This document shows, one piece after another, positions 35,771 through 48,051 of a DNA stretch of 64,000 nucleotides (position 1 is its first letter; the number at the start of each line of letters is the position of its first letter). Origin of the DNA: Azolla caroliniana (lineage: Eukaryota; Plantae; Polypodiophyta). Under the pieces are notes generated by a model. The model was given only the letters and a program-made list of their open reading frames with translations. It was not told the DNA's origin and ran no database searches. The position numbers and the translations under genes were made by a program. The stretch is from contig JBHGNT010000001.1 in NCBI GenBank assembly GCA_043228905.1, positions 6,820,001 through 6,884,000 on the forward strand, written 5' to 3'.

Positions 35771-36038
35771 GTCTATATTGATGTAGAGAGAGGATGTAGG
35801 AATGGGAGGTCTATGTAAGATGTAGAGAGAGGATGCAAGAATGAGAGTGGTGATGATGTATGATATGAGTTATATGCATGTCTCACATCCATCCCATGCC
35901 ATTTCATCGACGGTCATCGTCGAGAGACCGAAACACCACTTTGTGTAACATCTTCCACCTGAAACCTTTCCATCGAGACACATCAAAATGCATTTGGGCT
36001 TTTCAGGTTTTATGTTCGCTCACAATGTTGAATTGTGA

Positions 36039-36042
<4 letters not shown>

Positions 36043-36071
<29 letters not shown>
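36043..36071. repeat. (TG)n microsatellite, with (TA)n/(GA)n at about 35710-35768
   Basis: Read directly from the sequence upstream of the LRR gene. Confidence 0.9.
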
Positions 36072-36402
36072 CAGTGTGTTTGTGGAGAATAGAATGTTGA
36101 TGTGAGTAAAGTAAAGCTGCACATTTTAAGAGGAAAACAAAAAGTCTCATCTACATACATATTCTTATGTCTCCACACAAGCTTAACAGGTTTAACCTTA
36201 GCCCTCTCCCTCGTTCTCCATCTCTCTCTTGGGTGAGCTCAATTTCTCTTTCTTGATCAGAATGTGGGTTTTTTTATAAGTCCTGTCTCTCACATCTGTT
36301 TGATTTCATAATGGCAGGTTTTTTTGGGCCTTTGTTTTTTAAATGGCAGCATTTGTTGTTGGCTCCTAAATTTTTTTTATCCCATCCAAATCTGGTTAGC
36401 GA

Positions 36403-37767
36403 ATGGGGGAAGTTCCATTTTGTATGTTTCTTGCAAGGACCCTTATGGTGGTAATTACACTTCTTCTTCTTCATTCTCGAAGAATTAGCACGATTACACA
36501 TCCAGACGACACGGAAGCTCTAATGCGAATCAAAGCTGCATTAGATCCTCGCACAATTTGCCTGGCTTCATGTCTGGGGACATGGGATTTCTCCATGGAC
36601 CCATGTGAGTCAGTGTTCGGGCCGCAATTCACATGTGGGATCAAGTGTGCCAATGACGACTCCTCCAATGATGATGATGACAACAGGACATCATTTAAAT
36701 CATCTTCATCACCACCACCACCCACAAATCAAACGAATTCTCATTACAAAAGAGTGATTGGTGTGCTCTTTGACAATGCCGGCTATGGGGGATTACTCTC
36801 GCCCTATGTCGGGAACCTCACGAGGCTCCGGATTTTGCAACTATCCGGAAACTTCATCGCCGGCACCATCCCTGACACCATCTCACACCTCTCTCATCTC
36901 ATCATACTCGACCTCTCGGCCAATAGATTCACCGGAGTCCTACCCAACTCTCTCGGAAACCTCGTCCATCTACAGACCCTCGACTTGTCCGACAACAATC
37001 TCCAAGGCACAATCCCACGCTCTATAAACTATCTCACTTCCCTCACAAATTTGAGATTGCAAACCAATGGGCTCACGGGAACTATCCCCAACCTCCGGAA
37101 CATGTCCCTCCTCCGACAACTCGATTTGTCGGGCAACAAATTCTCGGGTGCCTTCCCGACATCTCTCCCGCCAGAGTCCATATCCTTGATCTCCTTGCGG
37201 AACAACAACTTATCGGGCAAACTTCCTAGTCTCATCATCTCAAGCCTCACACACCTCATTGTTCTTGACCTAAGCCAAAACCAGTTCAGTGGATGCGTGG
37301 ACGATGCCATTTTGGCTCATCAAAGCTTGCAGCAAGTAAACTTATCCGGCAACATGTTGGTTCAACTTAGGGCCCATGGGAAACACCTAGTAGAGAGTCC
37401 ATTGGTGGCGCTGGACATAAGTTATAACCGTATATCGGGTCGGCTCCCTAGTATGTTTGCACTCATGAAGGAGCTGTCGGTGTTGTCGCTTCGGTACAAC
37501 TTCTTTCACGGGGCAATCCCGCAAAGCTATGGTGCGAAAGCAATGGCCAATGGCATCCTTGCAAAGCCCCTAGAAAGATTACTACTTGATGGGAATTATT
37601 TGATTGGCCCACTCCCCACCCAATTCATTACGATGGTTCCCAATCATCACATGTGGGCGAGTTTCAGCGATAACTGTTTCACCCATTGCCCAATGCAATA
37701 TGCCTTTTGCCAAGGTAAGGGTCAAAAGACGCAAACTATATGTAGGCTCTTTAACCCTTCACATTAG
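36403..37767 (+). CDS. Secreted leucine-rich-repeat protein without transmembrane or kinase domain (resembles the Arabidopsis At5g66330-type LRR family)
   Basis: Signal-peptide-like N-terminus, LRRNT cap (SCLGTWDFSMDPC..FTCG..C), plant extracellular LRRs (LxxLDLSxNxFxGxIP) and a C-terminal Cys cap (NCFTHCP..FCQGKGQK..CRLF). Single exon. The family assignment is from recalled similarity, not a search. Confidence 0.9.
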   Translation: MGEVPFCMFLARTLMVVITLLLLHSRRISTITHPDDTEALMRIKAALDPRTICLASCLGTWDFSMDPCESVFGPQFTCGIKCANDDSSNDDDDNRTSFKSSSSPPPPTNQTNSHYKRVIGVLFDNAGYGGLLSPYVGNLTRLRILQLSGNFIAGTIPDTISHLSHLIILDLSANRFTGVLPNSLGNLVHLQTLDLSDNNLQGTIPRSINYLTSLTNLRLQTNGLTGTIPNLRNMSLLRQLDLSGNKFSGAFPTSLPPESISLISLRNNNLSGKLPSLIISSLTHLIVLDLSQNQFSGCVDDAILAHQSLQQVNLSGNMLVQLRAHGKHLVESPLVALDISYNRISGRLPSMFALMKELSVLSLRYNFFHGAIPQSYGAKAMANGILAKPLERLLLDGNYLIGPLPTQFITMVPNHHMWASFSDNCFTHCPMQYAFCQGKGQKTQTICRLFNPSH

Positions 37768-39342
37768 GGGGGTTGTCCAAAGAGGCTTCATAGAGCTGGT
37801 TGTGCTAATCTAGCCACTCATCTAGATTCGAGAGAGTACTCTACATGTAATTAGGAGTGTATTAGGTGTTCATTGCTAGCGAGCTAATCACCAGCATTAT
37901 TAAAGCTAATGGTCGATTTTGTAGAGCTATGTTTAGTTAATAATAGAGTAGAGGAGATTCCACTATTTGTAATTACACAATGTCCTTGCTTGCCTTCCTT
38001 TACCTTCCAAAATTTTTCCTTTTGTCTTGAACTTTATAAAGTTTTACAGATAAATATTAATTGAGTCAGATGTATTGGACTTGGTGGGACCACGAGCTAA
38101 TCCGTTTGCAAATATGTACATCAACGTGACGTGTCTAATCTAGGAATAAATATGTGAGCATCGTTATGACATGATGTGCATAATATTTAAGAAAAAATGT
38201 TGGCATTGACAAGACATGATGGTGCACCATTGTGGTATGAATGCGAATGAACATCAATATGACATGTATATTTAGGCATAAATGTGTGGGTATGGTGGTG
38301 TTGAAAGGTTAATTTGAACAGTTGGCAAAGGTTTTGAACTTGTATTGCCTGCCCAATGTTAGAAATTTCATAATATACATATACATATGAGAGAGGGAGT
38401 GTGTGTGTTTGAGAGCGCAGTTACTTAGTATGGATGATTGCTTGAGATAATTTAATCATTTCCATCATTCTTATTGACAATCATCACTAGGGCATTTGCT
38501 AATACATAGTTACGAACTAGTTGATGCTAATTTCCAAGATCTTTTTGTGAGTAATAGTAACTTAGTAACTTCATATCATAGAATGGGTAATGAAACCTCT
38601 AGTTCAATGCTATCAATGTCGCCATGATTACTAACTAGTCATTGTTATGTCATAGACTACACATGATTTATTCATGTGTAACAAAGTGAGTGCTTGTCAA
38701 ACCTCATTCCACTTCATATTTTCCATGTGTGTAGTAGATGAAACTTGTGATGCGTTGCCATTGATCTCTAAAGGTAGACGTCGAAATTTCCGTACTTTTT
38801 TTAAGTTTGACAGTTCACCATTTATTGCTTTTTGTGAATGAGATAATCAATTGTCTTTTAGAGTACAACTCCCCTAAAAGAAAAAACGCGCGAAAAATAT
38901 CGGTGGGGATCAAATTGGTTATCATCGTATCGTGCGTAGGGGAAGAAGCTCCTCGAGGGACAAAACACAACACACACACAATCTAGAGATGGAAGTTTTA
39001 TAGTGAACATGAGGAGGATGACATACACCTACGAAGAAAAGACTACTACTACTACGGATGAGATAGAAAAAAAACAAGAATGAGGAGCAAATGACAAGAA
39101 TGCTTGCTACTAAGTAAGGATGTCTCATTTGACCACCGTAGTTTTTATAATGGAAGCTTCGAACGAACGAACGAAACATCGATCGATCGGTGAAATTGTG
39201 CGACTTGCATGTTTGTCCGTCCCCCCCTATGTGAGAGAGACATGGGGGGCCCAAGTGAATGAGTGACTGACTACTCATTGGTAGCTCTTAAAGTTTGGTG
39301 CATCATGATGCATGCAAGAGTGTAAGAAGAAGGAGACTCCCC

Positions 39343-41065
39343 CTAGGAGTGGGGAGGGAGTCCACGGAGGAGCAAGGCCTCGCAAGTGAGGCCGGGGCCG
39401 AAGGCGAGGAGGAGGCCCCAGCGGTGGCCGTCGCCGGAGGTGGGGAGGCGGCGGGCGGCGGAGGAGCGGCGCATGTGGTCCATGATGAAGTGGACGCAGG
39501 CGCTGGACATGTTGCCGAACTGGTCCAGGACGTGGCGGGAGGCGGCGAGCTTGTGCTTGTGGAGGCGGAGCTTGTCCTGGACCTGGTCCAGGATGGCGGG
39601 GCCGCCGGGGTGGACGATCCAGAAAAAGTCGTTGTAGTTGAGGGGGTCAAGGTGGTCAAGGTGGTGGTCAAGGTTCTGATGGTCAAGGTCGTGGAGGAGG
39701 TCTTGGACGAGAGCGGCGATGTTGTTGGCGATGATGGAGGGGACGTCCTTGAGGAGGTGGAAGGTGAGGCCGACCTCGCGGAGGTGGCCGTCGATGGCGC
39801 CGTCGCTGTCGGGCAGGACGTGGCAGGCGGCGCGGTGGATCTCGAAGCAGGCGCGCTCGCCGGCGGGGGCGTGGGGCTGGCAGCCGACGACGAGCGCGGC
39901 GGCGCCGTCGCCGAAGAGCGCCTGGCCGACGAGGCTGTCGAGGTGCGTGTCGCTGGGCCCACGGAAGGTCATGGCCGTGATCTCGCTGCACACCACCAGC
40001 ACCCGCGCCCCGCGGTTGTTCTCCGCCAAGTCCTTGGCCACGCGCAGCACCGTGCCGCCGCCGTAGCAGCCCTGCTGGTACAGCATCACCCTCTGCACCG
40101 ATCCCCTCAGCCCCAGCAGCTTCATGAGCGCCCAGTCCGCACCTGGCATGTCCACCCCCGCCGTCGTGCAGAAGACCAGGTGCGTTATCCTCGACCTCGG
40201 CTGCCCCCACTCCTCCATCGCCGCCGCCGCCGCCGCCCTCGCCAGCTTCGGCACCTCCACCACCACCATGTCCTGCCGGACGTCCAGCGACCTCTCCCAG
40301 TACGCGCACAGCGACGGGTTCGCTTCCAGGAGCTCCTCCGTCAGGAACAGGTGCCGCTTCGTGATGCACGACTTCTCACCTGCACAGCACCACAACCACC
40401 ACCACCATCACCATCACCATCACCATCACCATCACCACAGACAAATTACATACATAACAACAACAACAGCAACAGAGAATTGATTGGAGATTCTCTTCCA
40501 TTTTAGGGCGTTAGTAGTGGTGATGAGCTCAGCAAGCAAGCAGGCAGGCAGGCAGGCATTTCATTCGAATTTAGACATTAGGGTTTAGGGCTAAGGCTAG
40601 GGTTGGGGTTAAGTTTATAGCATTCAGATCTGGAAAATTCGGCTCAGGTCTTTCAGGTTTGGAGAGTTGGGGTTAGGGAACTCAGATTTGGAAAATTAGG
40701 GTTAGGGAACGCAGATTTGGAAAATTAGGGTTTGTTTTAGGGTTAGAGAAAGTGAAAAGTTTAGGATTAAGAGGGAAATTTTGAATTTGCAGGAAAGAGA
40801 AGGGAGGGGTAATTAGAAAGGGTATGGTGGTGTCTTTAACCATTTTTAGACGAAGAGAGAGAGAGGGTATGGAGTCATTTAAGTTCCACTTACACATGCG
40901 CTCGAATTTGTGTTTGAGTTCGATCTGGTCATTACTGTTGGTGACACGAAAGTAGAAGTCGGGATAATCTTTCTGATACATCACATTCGGGGGTACCGAC
41001 GTCCCAATGGCCAGCACACTCGCAGGACCTTCTGACCTCTCCACCATCCTTGGACAACTCTCCAT
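39343..41065 (-). CDS. CHS: Chalcone synthase / type III polyketide synthase, 2 exons, about 402 aa
   Basis: Exon 1 is 41065-40894 and exon 2 is 40379-39343; the intron splits the Cys codon (T|GT), as is conserved in plant CHS genes. Catalytic Cys (QQGC), His (HPGGPAILD) and Asn (FGNMSSAC), gatekeeper Phe residues (ALFGDG, LTFHL) and the FGPGLT motif are all present. Confidence 0.95.
40575..40820 (+). repeat. Degenerate telomere-like (TTAGGG/TTTAGGG) tract in the CHS intron
   Basis: ttagggtttagggctaaggctagggttgggg..., repeated cagatttggaaaattaggg units, ttttagggttagag. Confidence 0.6.
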
Positions 41066-44000
41066 TTCGATTGATAGTGGTCTTACCTCGGTGTTGGTCT
41101 TTCTCCTCCACTCTCACACAATTAAGAACCTAAAGTTGATTCACTTGTTAACCCTTGATGTCTAATACTTAGTCTAAACTCATTAGATGCCTGACCTCTG
41201 ATGTCTAAACCTTAATGTGTTTCGGTACCTAGATGTTCTGGAAAACTGATTGCTATCATATCTAACCTTCAATTCCCAAGACCAACATCTTTTTAAAATG
41301 TCCGAATTTGTATAATCATCCAAAAGCCAAATGCTTAGTATCTCAAACACCTTGGCATATATACCTTCGTTATTGTCTATACCTTGATGTGTATCTCTAA
41401 TCCTAACCAAAGCCTTAAGCTTATTCTTATTTTGCCAAGATCTTTACAGTTTATCCTAACCTTAAACTAAATCTTAGTGCTCGATGTCTGGCCTTTAATG
41501 CTTGGACCTTAGCATCAAAGTGTATTATTAGACACCCTTAAGGCTTAATACCTTTTCCACAACCTTAGTTATCATTCAAGCTCAACCTCTAACCCTCACA
41601 AATATTTCGATGCTTCATTTTATCTATTTTGTTGACTTCCTCAATGCTTGAAACACTTGCCCCATGAATTTGTAGTTGGTAGAGGTGCATAGCTTACCCT
41701 CAATTTTCAACATAAATATTTAGAGGTGTAACATCAAGCACAACTCCCTTGTGAGTGTTTTGATGCCACTTCAAGGATTGCTATATGTGGAATTTTAAAC
41801 AAAATGAGGACCCCTTTGTCCCATAGATATGACATGCATGATATGCATGTTACTACTAATCATCAAACCTATCAAGTTATGTTTTGACCCTTCACTAGAA
41901 AACCTCATAGTTAGCCATGATGTGCATGTGCATATTCTTGAGTATTTGGAGAAGTATAAATCATGTATAAACCCTCCACCAAGGAGTTTATACAATAAAT
42001 CATTTGATGTTGTACTTTCTTTGGATTTTACTTTGTCTTCCTTTCCTAAATACTTGGGGTTGGTAATGGATTGTCATAATCAAACATGGAAAGAATATGC
42101 AATGTTTCTCACCTTCCCCCATTCGTTCCACCTACGTCTTAATCTCATCATCTTCTTTGCCTTCCTCTTTAATTACTTGACAAAACTATCCCCTCAATAT
42201 TTTCTTACGATATTCAAAATAAAAGTATGCCTTCAACATGAAACATGAAGGTTGTGCTTTCTCCATTTGTAGCTTTGCATTTTGTATTACCTTTTGGAAT
42301 TGTTGGTGTGTGTTGTATAGTTCTTATTGAAACGTAGGTGATGCCTTGTGACTTATCATGATGCATGTGCATTGTAAATGTCATTCACTGTTTTATTCCT
42401 TGTAATGAATGGCTCATAGTCATCAAACAAGTTTATAGCACATGGGCATTAATTTGAAGAAGTTTTTCAAGTTTTTTTCACTCTATAAAAGTATTCCTAA
42501 TGTTTTATCTCATCTAGTGGCTATGTGTTCGTGAGTTTTTGTATACGCTTGTCTAATGGGAGATCACGAACGAAGTATTCATCTCTACAGAAAACCATGT
42601 GTACATGCATCATTTCACAATATAGTTAGATGATGTTTTCTCATGAAATTTCACCTTACACATTTAGTGTTTGTTGTCTAACCATAGTTGGATGTTGGAT
42701 ATCGGGCTTACACATAATAAAATCCTATTTCAAAGAACCGATATAGTAAACAACAATGAGATTATGTAATAGTGTGGTTCGATGAATAGACTACATTGTT
42801 TTTTCCAAAAACAAAACTCCTTCCATTAGTTATAAATTTTTACAACTAGGAACGTTATATACAAATCCTAGAAGGGACTCGATAGTTCCATCTATTGTGA
42901 ATAGACTGCATTTTCATAATCCTTAAATCAATCTCCAATCTGTTGAAATGCACACAATGAAGTAAATGTCCTCTCAAGCAATCTCTTATGGATGAGATCC
43001 GTCTAACCAATACCAATACAATTAATCCAATATTTCCTTTCGATGTTTGAGGATTGTTGTTGTGCACTATAGTGCTTCAGTATGCATCCCTAGGAGGATG
43101 GAATGTTGATGTGTGAAAGTTCTTCACCTTGACATAACATAAACCATTACAATAGATAACCACAAACTTCTATGAATGATAATGCTCCCAGGTATGAACA
43201 ATGGTTGATAAGTTTCTCTACAATTTCATTAATTTGCCACACTGTAAATATATGCAAATGAATTGAGAACACCTACTACAGAACCAAATGATCATTTTAA
43301 TTATGTGAGCTTTGAGTCACAATCATGTTTGTTAGAGAAAACAACATTAAAAGGGAGGAATGGTCATGAAGTTAGATATTTTATGTTTACACATAGTGCA
43401 TTACAAAAAAGCTAAAACCTCCTTACTAATATATAGAACACTATAGTCTAGAGCTCTTGCCTAGTAGATAGAAAGTTGAGAGTGCAACAACTCTCACATC
43501 ACCCTTGATTGTCAGAAATAACAATCGATTTATCCAATTAGTGAAACAATTGTCGTATAATGCACATAACATGTATTTGTTGATACATTACCCACATAGC
43601 TATTAGTAACTACAAATGTTTTTCCTGCTTAATTGGTTTAAGCTTTTTCTTCCCATCACAATTCACAGTCTTTGCTTGCAAACAAAAACCAATTTATAAA
43701 TTAAAAAAAAGTATCAAATATTTGCCAACAGCTTTTCTCCTTGACAATGTTTCATATAAAAACAATCTCGTGTTGGGGTGTTATTGAATGACGTAGTCAA
43801 TGGCAGTCCAAACATCATAGGTCTACCCTCTTTTAGTAAAATGGACTAAATATATTAGGACTAGTTCGAAGTCTAGAATTGTTTTTGCTCAATTGTACCT
43901 TGCATAATAACATGTTTTTCTTTGTGTGCAAAATTGCATTGATAACTTGGTCAATGCATGTACCACATCCTTTGTATGAACATGTAAGATATAATGGAGT

Positions 44001-44263
44001 TGCAAAAACACATTAGAAGGATGATCAAAGTGTAAAGTGTAAGAGTCCAACTCCCATATTTGCATACAAAATAGGTGAATCATACGACATAATTTACATT
44101 AGCTTCTATAAGTCTTAAATAGGTTGAAGTTGGATATAAAGAATATAGATTGTGGAGTGAAGGGTTGAGAATTGAGAGTTGAGAGTTGGCCTATGATGTT
44201 TTGGTTCTCAACGAATATGAACAAGTGTGAAATTTTATGCCAATGCACCTGTAATATAAATAA

Positions 44264-44577
44264 GGGAAAAGTACTAGGATACCCCTGGGAAGTTCATCTA
44301 TTTACCAGAATGCTCCTGGAAGTTCCAAATTTACCAAACGACCCCTATGTCCAAAAAATTACACTTTATAAAGTAATTATACACTCAAATCTACAAGCCC
44401 TATTTACCAAAGATGGAAGAAATGGACCCGAACTAGCCGTATTTACCAAATATTTTAGTGTATAATTACTTTATAAAGTGTATTTTTTTGGACATAGGGG
44501 TAGTTTGGTAAATTTGGAACTTCTAGGGGAATTCTGGTAAATAGACGAACTTCCATCGGTATCCTGGTACTTTTCCC
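44264..44577. mobile_element. Mutator-type MITE (foldback element), 314 bp
   Basis: Long imperfect TIRs of about 120 bp (GGGAAAAGTACTAGGATACC... / ...GGTATCCTGGTACTTTTCCC) and a 9-bp TSD TATAAATAA / GATAAATAA. Confidence 0.88.
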
Positions 44578-46151
44578 GATAAATAATTATATCATTCACA
44601 TGATCAATATCTTCTCCATATAAATCATCGGAATTGATTAATACTTTTGTTGATTATTATTGTGCATAGAATGTTTCAATTTGTGAATAAAAATCTCCAA
44701 AGGGATCCAATGGAGGTGACCAAAAGACAATCTATTTGACAATGGAAGTGTTCTTTCAAGCACAACTCTTTCTCAATGCAGTAATTTTCCCCCATGTGAT
44801 ATTTTTCTTTCAATTCAAATGAGAGCTCCTTTGAGTTTTGGCTTAAAGTTATGTGTGGCCCTTAGTAGGAATGCGTGAAATACTTTTTGCTATGTAGACA
44901 TCATTACCCACAATCAAATAGGAGTGTAACATATTGCCTCGTTAGAGGGATGAGAAACCAGAAATTTTTATTTGTTGATATGTACATCAAGATTCACTAT
45001 TTGGAAACCATATCAAAGTGAAGATATCTAATGCTCGGTACAAACTCAAACTAGTGGGACACTTTCTCAATGATCACAACTACTGAAAATTCCATTGAGA
45101 ATAAGAGACCCCACACAACTAGAGGCAAAAAATGTAGAAGAGAAAAACAATATTTGTTGTACTTCTAATGAGGTGCCAAAACTAAATCAAACCTTATGGA
45201 AAAATGTGATATTTGCTTCTCAACCTTCAGTATCCACTTATGTCTCCATCCACGAACAATAATAAATTCTATGTACCAATCCACTCAGTAGACACTTGCT
45301 ACCCAAGTCTCACATAGTCAACCATGACCTATCCCACACACATTTCTCTCTTAGTCATTATATGCATTTTGAATCGCAACATTCGTTAGAAAATTCTTGA
45401 ACATACATACTCATTTGCTAACTCGAACATAATAGAATGTATTCTCTATGGACGCTAGCAAGTATTGCCTTTAAAATTAACATGGAATATCACATTTTGA
45501 CTTCTATTGACCTACATTGCATCTTAATGTATTGTGTACTACCTCTATCAATTATCTCCACCGTCATTCTCTAATAATTTTGCTAAAGATGCTATCATGA
45601 TTTTTTTCATATTGATACCCTTCGACAACAAGAACATTGACTCATCCAAAAGGTGTAGTCTATGAAAGTTTCACCTTGTTAGTCATGCACAAGACAACAT
45701 CTAATTATTCAGTCTCATGTACTGATGTACTCATAATCCTTCCTTGACTAGAAACTATATTGAATTAGGATAACACGCCCATGCATAAGACTTTGAAATT
45801 GACTTGACTCTCTTAAATCACAACAACCTTACAAGAAAAACTATGAAATACCCCCAAAATTACTAAAAAAAACTAAAATTTTAACATATCGCTAAAATCA
45901 TGAGTTCCATAATGATCAACTAAACGATAACACAATTAACAAGTTCAAGTAATAAATATCAAGTAGTATGGTATGGTAATTAGAACCTAATCACATGTTT
46001 CTAAAGTGGTACCATCATCGTCCATGTCTCATCTATTATTCTTAATATATGCTATCACATTTGTGGGGGGATTATTTTCTTGACATCATAGATCTTCTTG
46101 TTCTTTGCAGGTCAAGAGAAATTGGAGGCGAAATTAAAAGTTCAAATAAAA

Positions 46152-48051
46152 TCAGCTAAAGTGGCATGGAGTTGTTTGATCAAGGCAAAAAATCAAGGTG
46201 GACTAGGGACGGTGGATCCGGTTCACCAAAGTAAGGCTTTACTCGGTAAGCTCCTAGTGTGAAGTCTCCAACCTGGACCAAAATTGTGGAAATTGTTTCT
46301 TAGAGACAGAACTCAACTCTGGTGTCTGAGGAATGGCAGCCCTTGGAAGGCAAAGAAGTGGTGGTTGTTTAGTCTAGGTCTAAAGTTAAAAGAACCTACT
46401 AGCATGGAGGATAGGATGGCCCACACCATAATGAGGGCCTAGTCAAGTTTAAGAGAGGGGCTAGTCTTAATGCAGCCAAAAACGATAGAGGAACAACTAC
46501 CACTGTTTTGGAACCCTAGGATTAGAGATGATGACAATATGATGCATGGCCTGAAAAAATACTTGCCATGGGGGCAAATGGTAGGGTACAATATTAGTTC
46601 AGTAAGAGACTGGGAGGATTTCAAAAGGAAAAGAAGGGAGGGTCTGGTTGGTAGTCCTAGGTTTACTGGCATGTTGGAAAAGGTGACCCGTTTGATAAAT
46701 AAGGTTATTGATGGTCTAGTTAGGCTGAATGAAGAAGAGGGGCTCTGGTTTGGGTGGTTTGTAGGTGAGGGCGATGCACAAATTATCTGAGGTAGGTGCC
46801 CATGTAATGAGTATCGTTTGTGGGGCAACCTAAGTGTTGTGGCAGACAATGGCTAGTGGTTGGCAGTGCAAGTGGCAGTGTTGGAAGGTAAGAAGTGGCA
46901 AGTAAACCCGGACCCAAGGAAGCTGGAATCTTATTGTAAGCTTTGGATAGTTGACAACAAGCCCATATGTGATTTGGATTGGGATCCACTAGTGGTGTGG
47001 TGGCAGAAACCGGGAATGGACAAACTAGAACGGTTTTTTGAGTACACTACTAAACCAGGAAGGCAAATCATTAGCTCCAAATCGATGGGTGTTGCTCTAA
47101 CTCGCAATAGTTGGAAGGATAAAGGCATTTCTGATGACTTCTTGAAGTCGTTTTGGAGGAGGTTATGGGCATTCGATATGCTAGAAAAAATAAAGCTTTG
47201 GTTGTGGCTTCTTAGTCACAAAGCGGTACCGGTGGGGGAGTGGCTTAGGTGTGGTGGTGGTGAGGCTGGTTGCAAGATTTGTGGACACCCTTTGGAATCA
47301 ATTCCTCATTGTTTTTAGAATTGCAAAGAGGCTATTAACATTTGGGGTAGAAGTCTCAGGATAGTGGCAGCATGCGGCGTGAATGGGAGAGTAGTATGGG
47401 GGTCTGTACAGGGCCTTAAGTTAACAGGGGAAGGCTGGGTTGAACAGTTAAACCCCCACGATCATGGATTTATAGTGCAAGGTGGCAAGGTGTTTCAACG
47501 GGCTGGAGTTCGACCTGGCACTAACTTAGAATGTTTTGAAGAGATATGGATGATGGTGGCTTGTTTATCGGTCTGGCACATTTGGACCAGGCGTTGTAAG
47601 TTTGTTTTTCAACATCAAAAGACCCCTAACGATGAGGTGTTATTAAATATTTGGTTTGAGTTGGTATCTTGGCTGCGGGGACGATACGACTCGATTAAGG
47701 GGGAATCTGATGCAGCTGAAAGAACTCAATCAAAGTTCTTGTTAAAATGGGGTAGTTCTCCTATGGTGGGCAGATCATCATTAGGGCCTCAATGGAATTA
47801 CCAAGCACCCCGATGGTTGTTTCCCCTAATGGTTTCCATCAGTGATTAGGTGCTATAAATATGTATAGATATGGTACAAATTACTAGGTTATAGGAGTTA
47901 TTTGGATACTTTTGTTGAAAATGAGGTGGGGACTATCTCCACTTTGGTGGGAAGGCCAGAGTGAGGGTTGATGAGAGGAATTTTTGGTGATCTATGATGT
48001 AATTTGTTTGCTAACTAATGCGAAGTAGTGTTTTTTTTGGGAAAAAAAAAT
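46152..48051 (+). mobile_element. 5'-truncated, degenerate L1-type LINE (ORF2 C-terminal region with zf-RVT)
   Basis: AKVAWSCLIKAKNQGGLG, KIKLWLWLLSHKAVP..CKIC..ESIPHCF*NC and WHIWTRRCKFVF motifs, with stops and frameshifts. A-rich tail at 48042-48050 and TSD AGTTCAAATAAAA at 46139-46151 and 48052-48064. Confidence 0.9.

Noticed and set aside
39343-40379. Bacterial horizontal transfer or contamination as the cause of the GC-rich CHS segment
   Set aside because: The protein is plant CHS-type and splices in phase to exon 1 at the conserved Cys-codon intron.
39295-40506. 403-aa antisense ORF and long alternative-frame ORFs over CHS exon 2
   Set aside because: Expected shadow ORFs of very high GC3 coding sequence, with low-complexity translations and no domain.
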